Below, in pieces: positions 31,691 through 41,779 of a stretch of DNA of 64,000 nucleotides. The notes beneath the pieces were generated by a model. The model was not told the origin of the DNA. It worked only from the letters and a program-made list of their open reading frames with translations, and did not search any database. How positions within the stretch are numbered: position 1 is the stretch's first letter; each line of letters starts with the position of its first letter. The stretch comes from an uncultured Actinomycetes bacterium (GTDB lineage Bacteria; SZUA-79; Acidulodesulfobacterales; Acidulodesulfobacteraceae): assembly GCA_964631685.1 (NCBI GenBank), contig CAZVZU010000003.1:54406-118405 (forward strand), given 5' to 3'. Both the position numbers and the translations under genes were made by a program.

Positions 31691-32734
31691 ATGCTTGATT
31701 TTTTAAGAAGATTTTACACCAGCGCCTTCGGTAAGGTTATTACGATCTTTGTGGGCGTCTTGTTTATTGTGGGTTTTAGTTTTCTTCCGTACATTATCGG
31801 TGAAGGTGGAGGAATGTCGCCACGAAATGTTGCTGTCGTAAATGGAAAAGGAATCTCTATGTACGAGTTTAACAGCTATTACGGGTCGCTCGAAAATGAA
31901 TACAAAAATTTATACGGCAAGAGGCTGAACCGCAAACAGTTAAAATCACTTGACATATCAGGTGCGGCGCTGTCTTCGCTAATTGCCGACAGGGTTCTCG
32001 AATCTAAAATTGATGTATTTGGAATTTATGTTTCTAAGGATTTTATAGCAAGAAATATTGCGTCATATCGCGCATTTAAAAAAGATGGGGAGTTTAACAA
32101 CGCATTGTTTGTCTCTACCTTACTTGCAAATCATACCACTCCCGCTGCTTTTGAGAAGAAATACAGATTGCAGGTAGCAAGGTCGTATATCAGGACAATA
32201 ATAGGAGAGTCCTCGGGTATGGTCGGCGGACAGTTCTTGGATGATTACAGTATTAGCAATAAATCCGTTGCTTTTAACATTGCAGTTTTTAAATCTCGGA
32301 ATATTGCGAACAGCTTTCTTAAAAAATCTATCTTATTTAGCGATAGTTTTAACAAGCTTGCTAAAGAATTTGATGGAACGTTAAAATATATCCCTCTATA
32401 CTCTGAGACAAACCTCGTTAAATCAAGCTATTTTAAGAAATATGGGTTGAATAGTGGCATGATAACGTCTCTCTATGACGCTCCGATCGATACGGTTATA
32501 AGTAGTGTGATTCCGGTAAAGGCAGGATTTGCGGTAATTAAGATATTAAAGGTTTATTTTCCAACGTATACCAATGTGAGTAATTATAAAAATAAAAAGA
32601 ATGCATTGCTAAGTCGAAGGGAAGTATACGTACTCCAAAAGAAGAGAGGATTTTTGTATGATTATGTGGACTATCTTGAATCTAAAGCCAATGTAAAAAT
32701 AAATAAAAAAGCATTGGCAACCTTTAATTTTTAA
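31691..32734 (+). CDS. SurA N-terminal domain protein (PpiD-like chaperone, shortened)
   Basis: N-terminal TM, VAVVNG..IS, F...G.FN motif; rotamase domain not clearly recognisable. Confidence 0.7.
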   Translation: MLDFLRRFYTSAFGKVITIFVGVLFIVGFSFLPYIIGEGGGMSPRNVAVVNGKGISMYEFNSYYGSLENEYKNLYGKRLNRKQLKSLDISGAALSSLIADRVLESKIDVFGIYVSKDFIARNIASYRAFKKDGEFNNALFVSTLLANHTTPAAFEKKYRLQVARSYIRTIIGESSGMVGGQFLDDYSISNKSVAFNIAVFKSRNIANSFLKKSILFSDSFNKLAKEFDGTLKYIPLYSETNLVKSSYFKKYGLNSGMITSLYDAPIDTVISSVIPVKAGFAVIKILKVYFPTYTNVSNYKNKKNALLSRREVYVLQKKRGFLYDYVDYLESKANVKINKKALATFNF

Positions 32735-32742
32735 TTTATACG

Positions 32743-33552
32743 ATGAAGAAAATTTTGAAGGATAAGATAAGTAGTCTCGAAAATATAATAAGAAAGACGG
32801 AAAAGCTTGCTGTAGCGTTCAGTGGCGGTATCGACTCCACATTTTTGCTATTTATGTCCAAAAAGGTTCTTGGCAAAGAAAATGTTATTGCTATTACCGG
32901 TAATTCTTTTGTTATTCCGGAAAGAGAGCTTGTTTTTTGCAAGGAAAAAGCCAAGGAGTTTCAAGTAAAATACATAGTTGTTAGAACTTCAGAGTTTTTG
33001 GAGGAGTCTTACATTAAAAATGACAGAACCAGGTGTTACTTTTGTAAGATTTCGCTATTCAAAACTATTAGGTCGTATATACCAAGGGCTTACGAAATAG
33101 CGGTCGGAACTAATGCGGAGGATGTCCTTGAGAGTAATCACCACAGGATTGATATCCTTGCCGAAAAAGAATTTGACGTTTTATCTCCCTTGGCGTCATC
33201 GTCTTTTAATAAGGCGGACATACGGGAAGCATCCAAGTTTTTCGATATAGACATATGGGATAAGCCTCAAATGGCGTGCCTTGCGACAAGAATACCACTT
33301 GGAAGCATAATAACACAGGATAAAATTAAGATGATTGCTAGTGCGGAGGATATTTTAGACTCAAATGGTTTTAAGGGAGCCAAGGTTTATCATTACGGTA
33401 AGCTTGCCAAGATAGATATACCCAAGGAATCTGTAGTTTCACTCGTCAGTCTTGACTCCATAGACAATTTGGTGAAAGATATTAAAAGTGTAGGTTTTAA
33501 ATACGTTGCAATAGATTTAGACGGTTATCAGCCAGAATCTCTTTTCGTTTAA
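32743..33552 (+). CDS. larE: LarE-family ATP-dependent sulfur transferase
   Basis: SGGIDS PP-loop, RCYFCK, ACLATRIP, DLDGY. Confidence 0.8.
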   Translation: MKKILKDKISSLENIIRKTEKLAVAFSGGIDSTFLLFMSKKVLGKENVIAITGNSFVIPERELVFCKEKAKEFQVKYIVVRTSEFLEESYIKNDRTRCYFCKISLFKTIRSYIPRAYEIAVGTNAEDVLESNHHRIDILAEKEFDVLSPLASSSFNKADIREASKFFDIDIWDKPQMACLATRIPLGSIITQDKIKMIASAEDILDSNGFKGAKVYHYGKLAKIDIPKESVVSLVSLDSIDNLVKDIKSVGFKYVAIDLDGYQPESLFV

Positions 33553-33572
33553 AATAAATATGGAAATGTCGA

Positions 33573-34376
33573 ATGCTTAAGCTTGATTCAAATTCTGCAG
33601 ATATGGAAAAATTTTTAGATTTCTCCATATCTCTTGCGAAAAATTGCGGTAAGATTATATCTAAATCTTTCAGAAAGGACCATTTTATTAAGTATAAGGG
33701 TCCCATGGACATAGTTACGGATGTCGATATTGCTTCCCAATATTTAGCCGTAGAAAGTATCCGGAAAATATTTCCTCATCATTCCATTCTCGCGGAAGAG
33801 GATAACGTAAATATTTCTCACGGAACTAAATTTAAATGGATCATTGACCCTTTAGATGGTACGACCAATTATGCACACGGTATACCTATTTTTTGTTTTT
33901 CTATTGCACTTGAGATAGATTCGGAAATTGTATTAGGGTGCGCATATAATCCTATTTTAAAAGAGCTTTTTTATGCGACTAAGAGAGGGGGGTCGTATTT
34001 TAACGGCAAGAAGATAAATGTTTCGAAAAACGATTGTTTAAAAAGGAGCCTTCTATCAACAGGGTTTCCTTATGATAGGAAGACGAATCCTGATAACAAT
34101 TTTGACCATTTCAAAGATATTTCGGTTATTATTAGAGGAATCAGGAGGCTTGGGTCTGCTGTTTTAGATTTATGTTACACTGCTGCCGGTTTTATAGACG
34201 GATATTGGGAACTTAACCTAAATCCGTGGGATATGGCTTCGGGTTACATAATAATTAAAGAGGCGGGTGGTTTAGTAAGCGATTTTTGTGGGAAGCCATT
34301 TAATATCTATGACCGGAGGATACTTGCAACCAACGGTATTATTCACGAAGAATTGTCAAGAATATTATGTAGATAA
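33573..34376 (+). CDS. suhB: Inositol monophosphatase family protein
   Basis: WIIDPLDGTTNY, RRLGSA, PWD. Confidence 0.92.
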   Translation: MLKLDSNSADMEKFLDFSISLAKNCGKIISKSFRKDHFIKYKGPMDIVTDVDIASQYLAVESIRKIFPHHSILAEEDNVNISHGTKFKWIIDPLDGTTNYAHGIPIFCFSIALEIDSEIVLGCAYNPILKELFYATKRGGSYFNGKKINVSKNDCLKRSLLSTGFPYDRKTNPDNNFDHFKDISVIIRGIRRLGSAVLDLCYTAAGFIDGYWELNLNPWDMASGYIIIKEAGGLVSDFCGKPFNIYDRRILATNGIIHEELSRILCR

Positions 34377-34380
34377 AAGG

Positions 34381-34481
34381 TGCGCTTTAGTCGCGTATGT
34401 TCGTGTATTATTATGCCCTACCGGAAAAGATGCGTTCGTGGGTATATAGTAATATGTGTTGACGCGGGTAAGGACGGCGTA
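34381..34481 (+). other. Long G-U-rich intergenic RNA hairpin
   Basis: Nested pairings TGCGC/GCGTA, CTTTA/TAAGG, TCGCGT/ACGCGG, CGTGTATTATTAT/ATAGTAATATGTG, GCCC/GGGT. Confidence 0.5.
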
Positions 34482-34512
34482 AAACCGGAGGAAAAAGTTT
34501 GGTAAAGATATT

Positions 34513-36420
34513 ATGTCGTCATCATACAATAAAGATGGAATATTAAGAAGACAAAAAAACAGGATTAATTTTTTAGCGGTAATATTTACTCTGCTGACTT
34601 TTCTTTTAGTGGTAAGACTGTTTTATTTACAAGTGGTCAGGGGTGGCTATTATCGTAAATTGGCAGAGAAGAATGCCACTAGGGTTATATATCTTGCGGC
34701 TCCAAGGGGGGATATACTTTCAAGTAAGGGCAAAATTCTCGTTGGCAACGAATCCTCGTTTAATATTGCAGTTTCTATTGCGCATGTAACGGATTTAAGG
34801 ACGGAATTAAGATTTTTATCAAGGTTAATGCGTAAAAGTTATCATAAGCTTTTAAGGAAGGTTAAGAAAGAAGAGTTTTTGCCGTCTTACGAATCTATCA
34901 TTCTTATTCGTAATATTTCTGTTAGAGAATTGGCAAGATTTGAGGTAAATAAGTTGTTTTTAAAGGGTTTTTTTATTGTGGGAATTCCGATACGACGATA
35001 TCCCTATGATAAAATGGGCGCTCAAATATTTGGATATGTTGGTCCGGTTTCATCTTCTCAGCTTAAAGAAAAAAAGTATCATCATCTTAATTCTTCCGAT
35101 ATCATTGGCGAGACAGGGCTTGAGTATTATTATCAGAAATACTTACGAGGCAAAGACGGAGAAAAGCAGATTATTGTGAATTCTGGTGGCGAACCGATAG
35201 GCAAGGTTGTTGTCGAAAAACCCGTTATGGGCGCAAACCTATACACGACACTAGATTTACCATTAGAAAGGCTCGCGTATAAGCTTATGAAGACGAGGCA
35301 GGGGGCAGTAATTGCCGTAGATCCAAACAACGGGAAGGTACTTGCTATGGTGTCAACACCATCTTTTAACCCTTTTTATTTTTCCGAGGGTATAAGTCAA
35401 AAGCGATGGTATAAAATTATCAATAATGATCGACACCCATTAGAAGATAAGGCTATCCAGAATGCGTTAGCGCCAGGATCCACCTTTAAGGTGATAGGTG
35501 CCATGGCCGCTCTTTCCTTGCACCTGATAACCCCCAAAGAGAAAATTTACTCAGGGCCATCTTTTAAGCTGGGTAATGCGATTTTTTATAACTGGAATCC
35601 TAATCAGAAATCAAAAATAAATCTATATAGAGCCCTTGCGGAATCGGTTGACACATATTTCTACCCTCTTGGGGTTAAAATGAGCGTTGATGAGCTGGCG
35701 CAATATGCATTTAAATTCGGATTCGGAAAGAGAACGGGGGTAGACCTGCCGGATGAAAATCCAGGTTTTATACCCACAAAGCATCTTGTCCGAAAGATAT
35801 ATCATAGATATTGGTATAAGGGTTCAACCCTTTCAGCAATTATTGGACAGGGTTACGATAATGTTACGCCAATTCAGTTAGTGATGGCATATAGCGCTAT
35901 AGCGAACGGTGGAAATTTATACCGGCCGTTTTTATTGAATAAAATTGTGTCGCAAAACGGTAGGGTTTTAAAAAAGATGGAAGCGAAGCTTACCAAACAT
36001 GTAAATGTCAAGCAAAGTTATTTGAGGGCGGTAAAAAAAGGGCTTTGTGATGTTGTAAACAAAAAATACGGCACTGCGGCAAACGGCAGGATTAATGGTA
36101 TACTATTTTGCGGAAAGACGGGAACAGCACAAATTATATCACAAACCTACTCTATTTACGATATAAACAAAATACCGAGAAAATACAGAGATAATGCATG
36201 GTTTGTGGGGTTTGCACCGTTAAAGCACCCGGAGATAGCAGTAGTTGTCTTGGATATGCATGCTAGGCTTCTCGGTATAAATGCGGCAGTTATAGCTAAG
36301 AAAATAGTCGAAAAATATTTAGAACAAAAAGGTTTATGGACACCGCCGGTACATAAAAAAATTAAAAGCAACGGCAAAGCGAATGTCAAACCGCATAATT
36401 TTGATAACACAAATTTGTAA
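34513..36420 (+). CDS. mrdA: Penicillin-binding protein 2
   Basis: APRG, GSTFK (SxxK), SVD, KTGTAQ; precedes rodA. Confidence 0.94.
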   Translation: MSSSYNKDGILRRQKNRINFLAVIFTLLTFLLVVRLFYLQVVRGGYYRKLAEKNATRVIYLAAPRGDILSSKGKILVGNESSFNIAVSIAHVTDLRTELRFLSRLMRKSYHKLLRKVKKEEFLPSYESIILIRNISVRELARFEVNKLFLKGFFIVGIPIRRYPYDKMGAQIFGYVGPVSSSQLKEKKYHHLNSSDIIGETGLEYYYQKYLRGKDGEKQIIVNSGGEPIGKVVVEKPVMGANLYTTLDLPLERLAYKLMKTRQGAVIAVDPNNGKVLAMVSTPSFNPFYFSEGISQKRWYKIINNDRHPLEDKAIQNALAPGSTFKVIGAMAALSLHLITPKEKIYSGPSFKLGNAIFYNWNPNQKSKINLYRALAESVDTYFYPLGVKMSVDELAQYAFKFGFGKRTGVDLPDENPGFIPTKHLVRKIYHRYWYKGSTLSAIIGQGYDNVTPIQLVMAYSAIANGGNLYRPFLLNKIVSQNGRVLKKMEAKLTKHVNVKQSYLRAVKKGLCDVVNKKYGTAANGRINGILFCGKTGTAQIISQTYSIYDINKIPRKYRDNAWFVGFAPLKHPEIAVVVLDMHARLLGINAAVIAKKIVEKYLEQKGLWTPPVHKKIKSNGKANVKPHNFDNTNL

Positions 36421-36462
36421 TCCAAAAACTAAAAAATTAATTTTTTAAGCAATACTTGATTT

Positions 36463-37578
36463 ATGAAATTACCAAAGAATGATTATATAAAAAATTTTGA
36501 TTTTGTGATATTTTTTACCGTTATAGTAATCTCTGCGATAGGCATTGTAAATCTTTTTGGGTCATTAAGTGCAGAACACAGAGGCTTCTTAGATCCCTAT
36601 GTTGTTAAGCAGATCATCTGGTTTATTATAGCCTTTTTTATCATGTTTGCAATTATATCTATCGATTACAATACCCTTATAGAGATTGCATATTACATCT
36701 ATGGTTTTATATTTATTTTGATGATAGTGGTGCTATTGGAAGGTAAGATTATGCACGGTGCTTCTCGCTGGATTTCTATTGGCATATTCTCGTTTCAACC
36801 GTCTGAATTTATGAAAATTGGACTAATATTTGTTCTTGCTAAATATTTAACCGCTCATAAAAATAAAAATTGTTATTCTCTGGTGGAACTAATTATACCT
36901 TTTGCAATAATTCTTTTGCCCGTTTTATTAATCGCAAAAGAGCCTGATTTAGGAACGGCGCTTATAGTTTTTTTTGTCGGAATTGTAATGGTTTATCTTG
37001 CCGGCATTAAAAGGAGCGCCATAGTGATTCTATCCGGACTAATGCTATTTTTTGGTCCTATTTTGTGGTTTCATTTAAAGCCTTATCAAAAAAGCAGAAT
37101 ACTTATATTTTTACATCCGGCCAAAGACTATCTTGGAGCGGGATACAACATAATACAGTCAGAGATTGCGGTTGGAGCTGGAAAGCTTTTTGGGACAGGG
37201 CTCGGCAAGGGTTCGCAGAGCGCTTTAAATTTTTTGCCGTCAAAACATACGGATTTTATATTTGCATCATTTTCTCAACAGTTTGGTTTTGTAGGAGGTA
37301 TTGTTCTTATTGGGTTGTATTTCATACTCATTGCAAGGGGATTTAATATTGTGTATCGGACAAAAAAGATGCAAGGGTTCTTGCTTGGAGCAGGAGCGCT
37401 TGGTATACTCGTGTTACACGTAATAATAAATATTTATATGACGATAGGCTTATTGCCTGTCGTCGGGGTACCCTTGCCATTTTTTAGCTATGGCGGAACA
37501 TCCGTTATTGTAGACATTTCGGCGGTAGCAATACTTTTAAATATAAAAATGAGAAGGTACAGATTTCAGTCTACATAA
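36463..37578 (+). CDS. rodA: SEDS peptidoglycan polymerase RodA
   Basis: QPSEFMK, PDLGT, HTDFIF, SYGGTS. Confidence 0.94.
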   Translation: MKLPKNDYIKNFDFVIFFTVIVISAIGIVNLFGSLSAEHRGFLDPYVVKQIIWFIIAFFIMFAIISIDYNTLIEIAYYIYGFIFILMIVVLLEGKIMHGASRWISIGIFSFQPSEFMKIGLIFVLAKYLTAHKNKNCYSLVELIIPFAIILLPVLLIAKEPDLGTALIVFFVGIVMVYLAGIKRSAIVILSGLMLFFGPILWFHLKPYQKSRILIFLHPAKDYLGAGYNIIQSEIAVGAGKLFGTGLGKGSQSALNFLPSKHTDFIFASFSQQFGFVGGIVLIGLYFILIARGFNIVYRTKKMQGFLLGAGALGILVLHVIINIYMTIGLLPVVGVPLPFFSYGGTSVIVDISAVAILLNIKMRRYRFQST

Positions 37579-37650
37579 ATTGAAAAGTGTCAAAAAACGC
37601 TTATCCTGGCGATAAGGGATGAGTGTAAAATAGGAGATAACAGCATAGTT

Positions 37651-38136
37651 ATGAAAAAGGGAAAGAGGTTTGATCTGTCAATATTTATATCGACTTTTTT
37701 TTATGCTGGACTATTTCCGTATGCACCCGGAACAATCGGTTCTGTTGCGGGGTTTTTTATATATCTTGTATTATTAAAAGGGCTCAACCCATATGTATAC
37801 ATAATAACCTGTCTAGTTATCTTTATTATAGGGACATACTATACCTCTAATGCAGAAAAAATAACAAAGATTAAAGACCCGCCATTTGTTGTCCTTGACG
37901 AGGTATTAGGGTATTTTATAACCATGGTGGGGGGGTTGTGGTTTCCCTTTTCTATTGTTTATGCATTAATCGGACTCGGGTTATTCAGATTTTTTGACAT
38001 ATATAAGCCTTTTCCTATAAGATATGTAGACAGGCATATAACCGGCGGGTTAGGTATAATGCTTGACGATGTTGTCGCTGCCATATTTTCGGCCGTTGTT
38101 TTAAGATTTATTATTATTTTAATTACGGGCACTTAA
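37651..38136 (+). CDS. pgpA: Phosphatidylglycerophosphatase A
   Basis: APGTIGS, DEVLG, FRFFDIYKP, GIMLDD. Confidence 0.93.
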   Translation: MKKGKRFDLSIFISTFFYAGLFPYAPGTIGSVAGFFIYLVLLKGLNPYVYIITCLVIFIIGTYYTSNAEKITKIKDPPFVVLDEVLGYFITMVGGLWFPFSIVYALIGLGLFRFFDIYKPFPIRYVDRHITGGLGIMLDDVVAAIFSAVVLRFIIILITGT

Positions 38137-38165
38137 TTTATAATTTTTTACTTTGACAAAACAAA

Positions 38166-39419
38166 ATGGATATTAAAATTCTTGTTATAACGGATGACTT
38201 TAATTTTGTTTCGGCTGGGGACATTATTAAGGGTTTGTCTGAAGTGCTTTTAAACTACAAGCTTGGATTTAAAGAGGCTATTATACTTCCCCGAGCCGAA
38301 AGGGATAATATTTACAAGGTGATGTCGTATATGTCGTCGGGGGATTCGTTTGTGATAGTTTGTGGTGGCATGAAGGGAGAGAGTTGTATCACGCAGAGTA
38401 TTGTGTCTGAAATATTTAAAAAAGAACTTGTAAGGAGTAAGGACGCTGCTGATTTAATGAAGTTAGTGTATGAATTTAAGAAGAAAAAGATGAATAATAC
38501 AGATGAAAAGAACTGTTATTTTCCAAACAATTCTTTCGTGATTCCTAATCAAAATACGGGTGTGTCAGGTTTTTATTTGACCGATCCTATATTTTTTGCT
38601 GCAATGCCGCTTGAGCCTGAAAATGTTGTAAATATATTCAAAAACCATGTTATTGGAAAGATATTAGGGAAATTAGGGATTAACTATTTCGTAAAATCCA
38701 GAAAATACAAACTGTTCGGTTTAAAAGAAAGGAAGTTTGAAAGGCTATTCGATAAGCTAAAAAAGAAATATGAGCTCAGTTTTAATTCTGAGCATTCTTT
38801 TGGAGAGGTTATTCTTAGCATGCGTATTAACGGAGTTTCAACGCAGAAACTTAGTGAAAATGTAAAGGTTGCAGATAATGCAGTATCGGATATATTTGAG
38901 GATTATCTTTATGGTTACGACGACGATGAGCTCAATATTGTCTGTGCATACCTACTTAAAGAAAAAAACGTTAGTATAGCCATAGCGGAATCCTTGACCG
39001 GAGGCTACATATCTAATAAGCTTACCGATTTACCCGGTGCATCCGGTTATTTTAATTATGGTGGAGTGGTATATTCTGATGATTCCAAGACCGATATACT
39101 TGGAGTAGATAGCGGTATCATAGAACGGGACGGGGCAGTTTCAGAGAGTTGCGCTATTGACATGGCAAATCAAGTTAGGAAAAAGGCCTCAAGCGACATT
39201 GGGCTTGCCGTAACGGGCATTGCGGGACCTGAAACATCATCCGACAGGCATCCCGTAGGGACCGTTTTTATAGCATTATCCTCTGCAAAAGTAAAAGAGG
39301 TAAGAAAATATTTGTTTAAGGGTTCCAGGTTGGATGTTAAGGCTTATACATCAAAAATGGCGCTGTTCTGGATTTACAAGATACTTAGCGGAACCCCTTT
39401 GTCGTTAATACGAGGATAG
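38166..39419 (+). CDS. cinA: CinA/PncC NMN deamidase with divergent N-terminal domain
   Basis: AESLTGG, PGAS, TGIAGP in C-terminal domain; pgpA-cinA-recA synteny. Confidence 0.82.
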   Translation: MDIKILVITDDFNFVSAGDIIKGLSEVLLNYKLGFKEAIILPRAERDNIYKVMSYMSSGDSFVIVCGGMKGESCITQSIVSEIFKKELVRSKDAADLMKLVYEFKKKKMNNTDEKNCYFPNNSFVIPNQNTGVSGFYLTDPIFFAAMPLEPENVVNIFKNHVIGKILGKLGINYFVKSRKYKLFGLKERKFERLFDKLKKKYELSFNSEHSFGEVILSMRINGVSTQKLSENVKVADNAVSDIFEDYLYGYDDDELNIVCAYLLKEKNVSIAIAESLTGGYISNKLTDLPGASGYFNYGGVVYSDDSKTDILGVDSGIIERDGAVSESCAIDMANQVRKKASSDIGLAVTGIAGPETSSDRHPVGTVFIALSSAKVKEVRKYLFKGSRLDVKAYTSKMALFWIYKILSGTPLSLIRG

Positions 39420-39437
39420 TCGGAATTATCTTTTAAC

Positions 39438-39466
39438 TTGATATTATTTTTTTTTTAAGCTATAAC
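39438..39466 (+). promoter_or_regulatory. Sigma70-like promoter of recA
   Basis: TTGATA-17 bp-TATAAC. Confidence 0.55.
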
Positions 39467-39546
39467 ACTTAACTGAAAGCTCAATTCGGATTGTTGATAA
39501 TTTAGTCCGACGATAATTAAATAAATTTACGGATAGGGGAGTCGAA

Positions 39547-40587
39547 ATGTCTTCAAAACTTGGAGGTAACAAAGAGAGCAAGAGTAAAGCGCCCGTGAAC
39601 GATAAAAAACTTAAGGCCTTAGACTTAGCTATTTCTCAAATAGAAAAACAGTTTGGCGTAGGTGCCATAATGAAACTTGGTGGTAAACCGTTAACCGAAA
39701 ATGTTAAGTCTATTCCTACGGGGTCGTTATCTCTTGATATCGCGCTTGGTATAGGCGGAATACCTAAGGGTAGGGTCGTTGAAATATTTGGTCCGGAATC
39801 TTCGGGTAAAACCACCTTGACTCTTCAAATTATTGCTCAAGCTCAAAAAAGAGGGGGTATTGCCGCTTTTATTGATGCAGAGCATGCTGTTGATTTAAAT
39901 TATGCTAAAAAAATAGGGGTTAACGTAGATGATTTGTTGATTTCCCAGCCGGGTACAGGTGAAGAGGCGTTAGAAATAGCAGATTCTCTTGTTCGCTCTG
40001 GCTCAGTGGATGTGTTGGTTATAGATTCTGTTGCGGCGCTTGTTCCGAGGGCCGAAATAGAGGGTGAGATGGGGGACTCTCATATGGGGCTTCAGGCAAG
40101 ACTGATGTCTCAGGCGTTGAGAAAACTTACATCTGCTATAGCAAAGTCCAATACATCTGTTATTTTTATAAATCAAATAAGGATGAAGATAGGTGTAATG
40201 TTTGGTTCGCCAGAAACGACGACCGGTGGAAATGCCTTGAAGTTTTATTCTTCCGTGAGAATAGATATAAGAAGAATCGGAGCCATTAAAAAAGGGGACG
40301 AGGTTATCGGCTCTCGTACAAGGGCGAAGATTGTTAAAAATAAAGTTGCTCCGCCGTTTAAAGAAGCAGAGTTTGATATAATATATGAGGAGGGGATATC
40401 GCTTGAGGGTGATATAGTTGATTTAGGTGTAAATAACGGAATAGTAGACAAGGCAGGGACATGGTTTAGTTACGGCAAGGAAAGATTGGGGCAAGGAAGG
40501 GAAGCGGCCAAGGAATCCCTTAGGAACAATTCGGCATTAAAGGATGAAATATATTCTAAAATTATAGCTAAATTTAATCTTAAATAA
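39547..40587 (+). CDS. recA: Recombinase RecA
   Basis: [27 protein letters not shown]. Confidence 0.99.
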   Translation: MSSKLGGNKESKSKAPVNDKKLKALDLAISQIEKQFGVGAIMKLGGKPLTENVKSIPTGSLSLDIALGIGGIPKGRVVEIFGPESSGKTTLTLQIIAQAQKRGGIAAFIDAEHAVDLNYAKKIGVNVDDLLISQPGTGEEALEIADSLVRSGSVDVLVIDSVAALVPRAEIEGEMGDSHMGLQARLMSQALRKLTSAIAKSNTSVIFINQIRMKIGVMFGSPETTTGGNALKFYSSVRIDIRRIGAIKKGDEVIGSRTRAKIVKNKVAPPFKEAEFDIIYEEGISLEGDIVDLGVNNGIVDKAGTWFSYGKERLGQGREAAKESLRNNSALKDEIYSKIIAKFNLK

Positions 40588-40602
40588 ATGTTAGTACAAT
40601 AA

Positions 40603-41772
40603 TTGGTAACAATACCTATGGTTGAACAGCCGTCTTTCATAGAAAAGCTTTTGAGAAGGGCTACAGACATGAGGGCATCCGACGTGCATCTCAAGGCAAA
40701 TTCATATCCCGTCTTCAGGATAGATGGTAAAATTTATCCCCAAAAAGATTTAGACATATTGCCTCCTGATTTTACCCTCAAGATTGCGCAGAGTATGATG
40801 GACAAGTACCAGTCGGGGGTGTTTCAGAAGAATAGAGATGTTGATTTAGCTTATAGTCTGCCTGATGTCGGCAGATTTAGGGTGAATATTTTTTTTCAAA
40901 GAAATTCCATAAGTATTGCTATGAGGTATATACCTTTTACTGTTCCTTCTTTCGACTCCCTGAATCTTCCGGAAGTTATAAAATCTATTGCATTAAAGGA
41001 AAGGGGCCTTGTTCTTGTTACCGGAATTACAGGAAGTGGAAAATCCACAACCCTTGCGTCAATGGTAGATTATATTAATAGAAATAAAGCTGTCCATATA
41101 ATAACAATAGAGGACCCTATAGAGTATCTCCATAAAGATGTAAAGTCCATAATAGCTCAGCGTGAATTGGGCATGGATGTTTATTCCTTCTCTCACGGTT
41201 TAAGGGAAGCGTTAAGACAGGACCCCGATGTCATTTTAGTTGGTGAGATGAGAGATTTGGAGACCATTGAAACCGCTATAACGGCTGCAGAAACCGGACA
41301 TCTTGTCATGGGTACGCTTCACACTCTTGATGCACAGGAAACTATAAATAGGGTTATCTCAGTTTTTCCGCCTTATCAACAAAAACAGGTCAGGATGCAA
41401 CTTTCTTCGGTAATTTCAGCCGTAATATCTCAGCGTCTTATCGTTAAAGCCGATAAGAAAGAGCAGGGCAGGCTTCCCGCTGTCGAGATATTAGTGGGGA
41501 CTGAGACTATCAAGGAATGTATTGCCGATGAAAACAAAACGGCTACTATTAGGGATTATATAAAAAGTGGCAACGCCCAATATGGGATGCAGACATTCGA
41601 TCAGTCTCTTTATGTTTTTTATAAGGCGGGTTTAATTACCTATGAAGATGCGCTGGCGGAGTCTACTTCACCAAATGACCTTGCTTTGCTGATATCGGGC
41701 GTGAACGCTGCTGGGAGTGGTGTAGCCGCATCTTCGGACGACAGTGGAACGGCCGGTTCGTACTGGGGGTAG
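40603..41772 (+). CDS. PilT/PilU-family pilus retraction ATPase
   Basis: GITGSGKST, IEDPIE, LRQDPD, GEMRD, GMQTFD; start may be ATG 40618. Confidence 0.92.
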   Translation: MVTIPMVEQPSFIEKLLRRATDMRASDVHLKANSYPVFRIDGKIYPQKDLDILPPDFTLKIAQSMMDKYQSGVFQKNRDVDLAYSLPDVGRFRVNIFFQRNSISIAMRYIPFTVPSFDSLNLPEVIKSIALKERGLVLVTGITGSGKSTTLASMVDYINRNKAVHIITIEDPIEYLHKDVKSIIAQRELGMDVYSFSHGLREALRQDPDVILVGEMRDLETIETAITAAETGHLVMGTLHTLDAQETINRVISVFPPYQQKQVRMQLSSVISAVISQRLIVKADKKEQGRLPAVEILVGTETIKECIADENKTATIRDYIKSGNAQYGMQTFDQSLYVFYKAGLITYEDALAESTSPNDLALLISGVNAAGSGVAASSDDSGTAGSYWG

Positions 41773-41779
41773 TTAAAAG

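Noticed and set aside
34411..34440. CCGGAA resembling the SRP tetraloop
   Set aside because: The flanking CAGG and AGCAG internal-loop residues are missing
39419..39511. Possible LexA box or inverted repeat (GTCGGA-ATTATC...GATAAT-TCCGAC) around the recA promoter
   Set aside because: Imperfect, widely spaced, and matches no SOS box I can name
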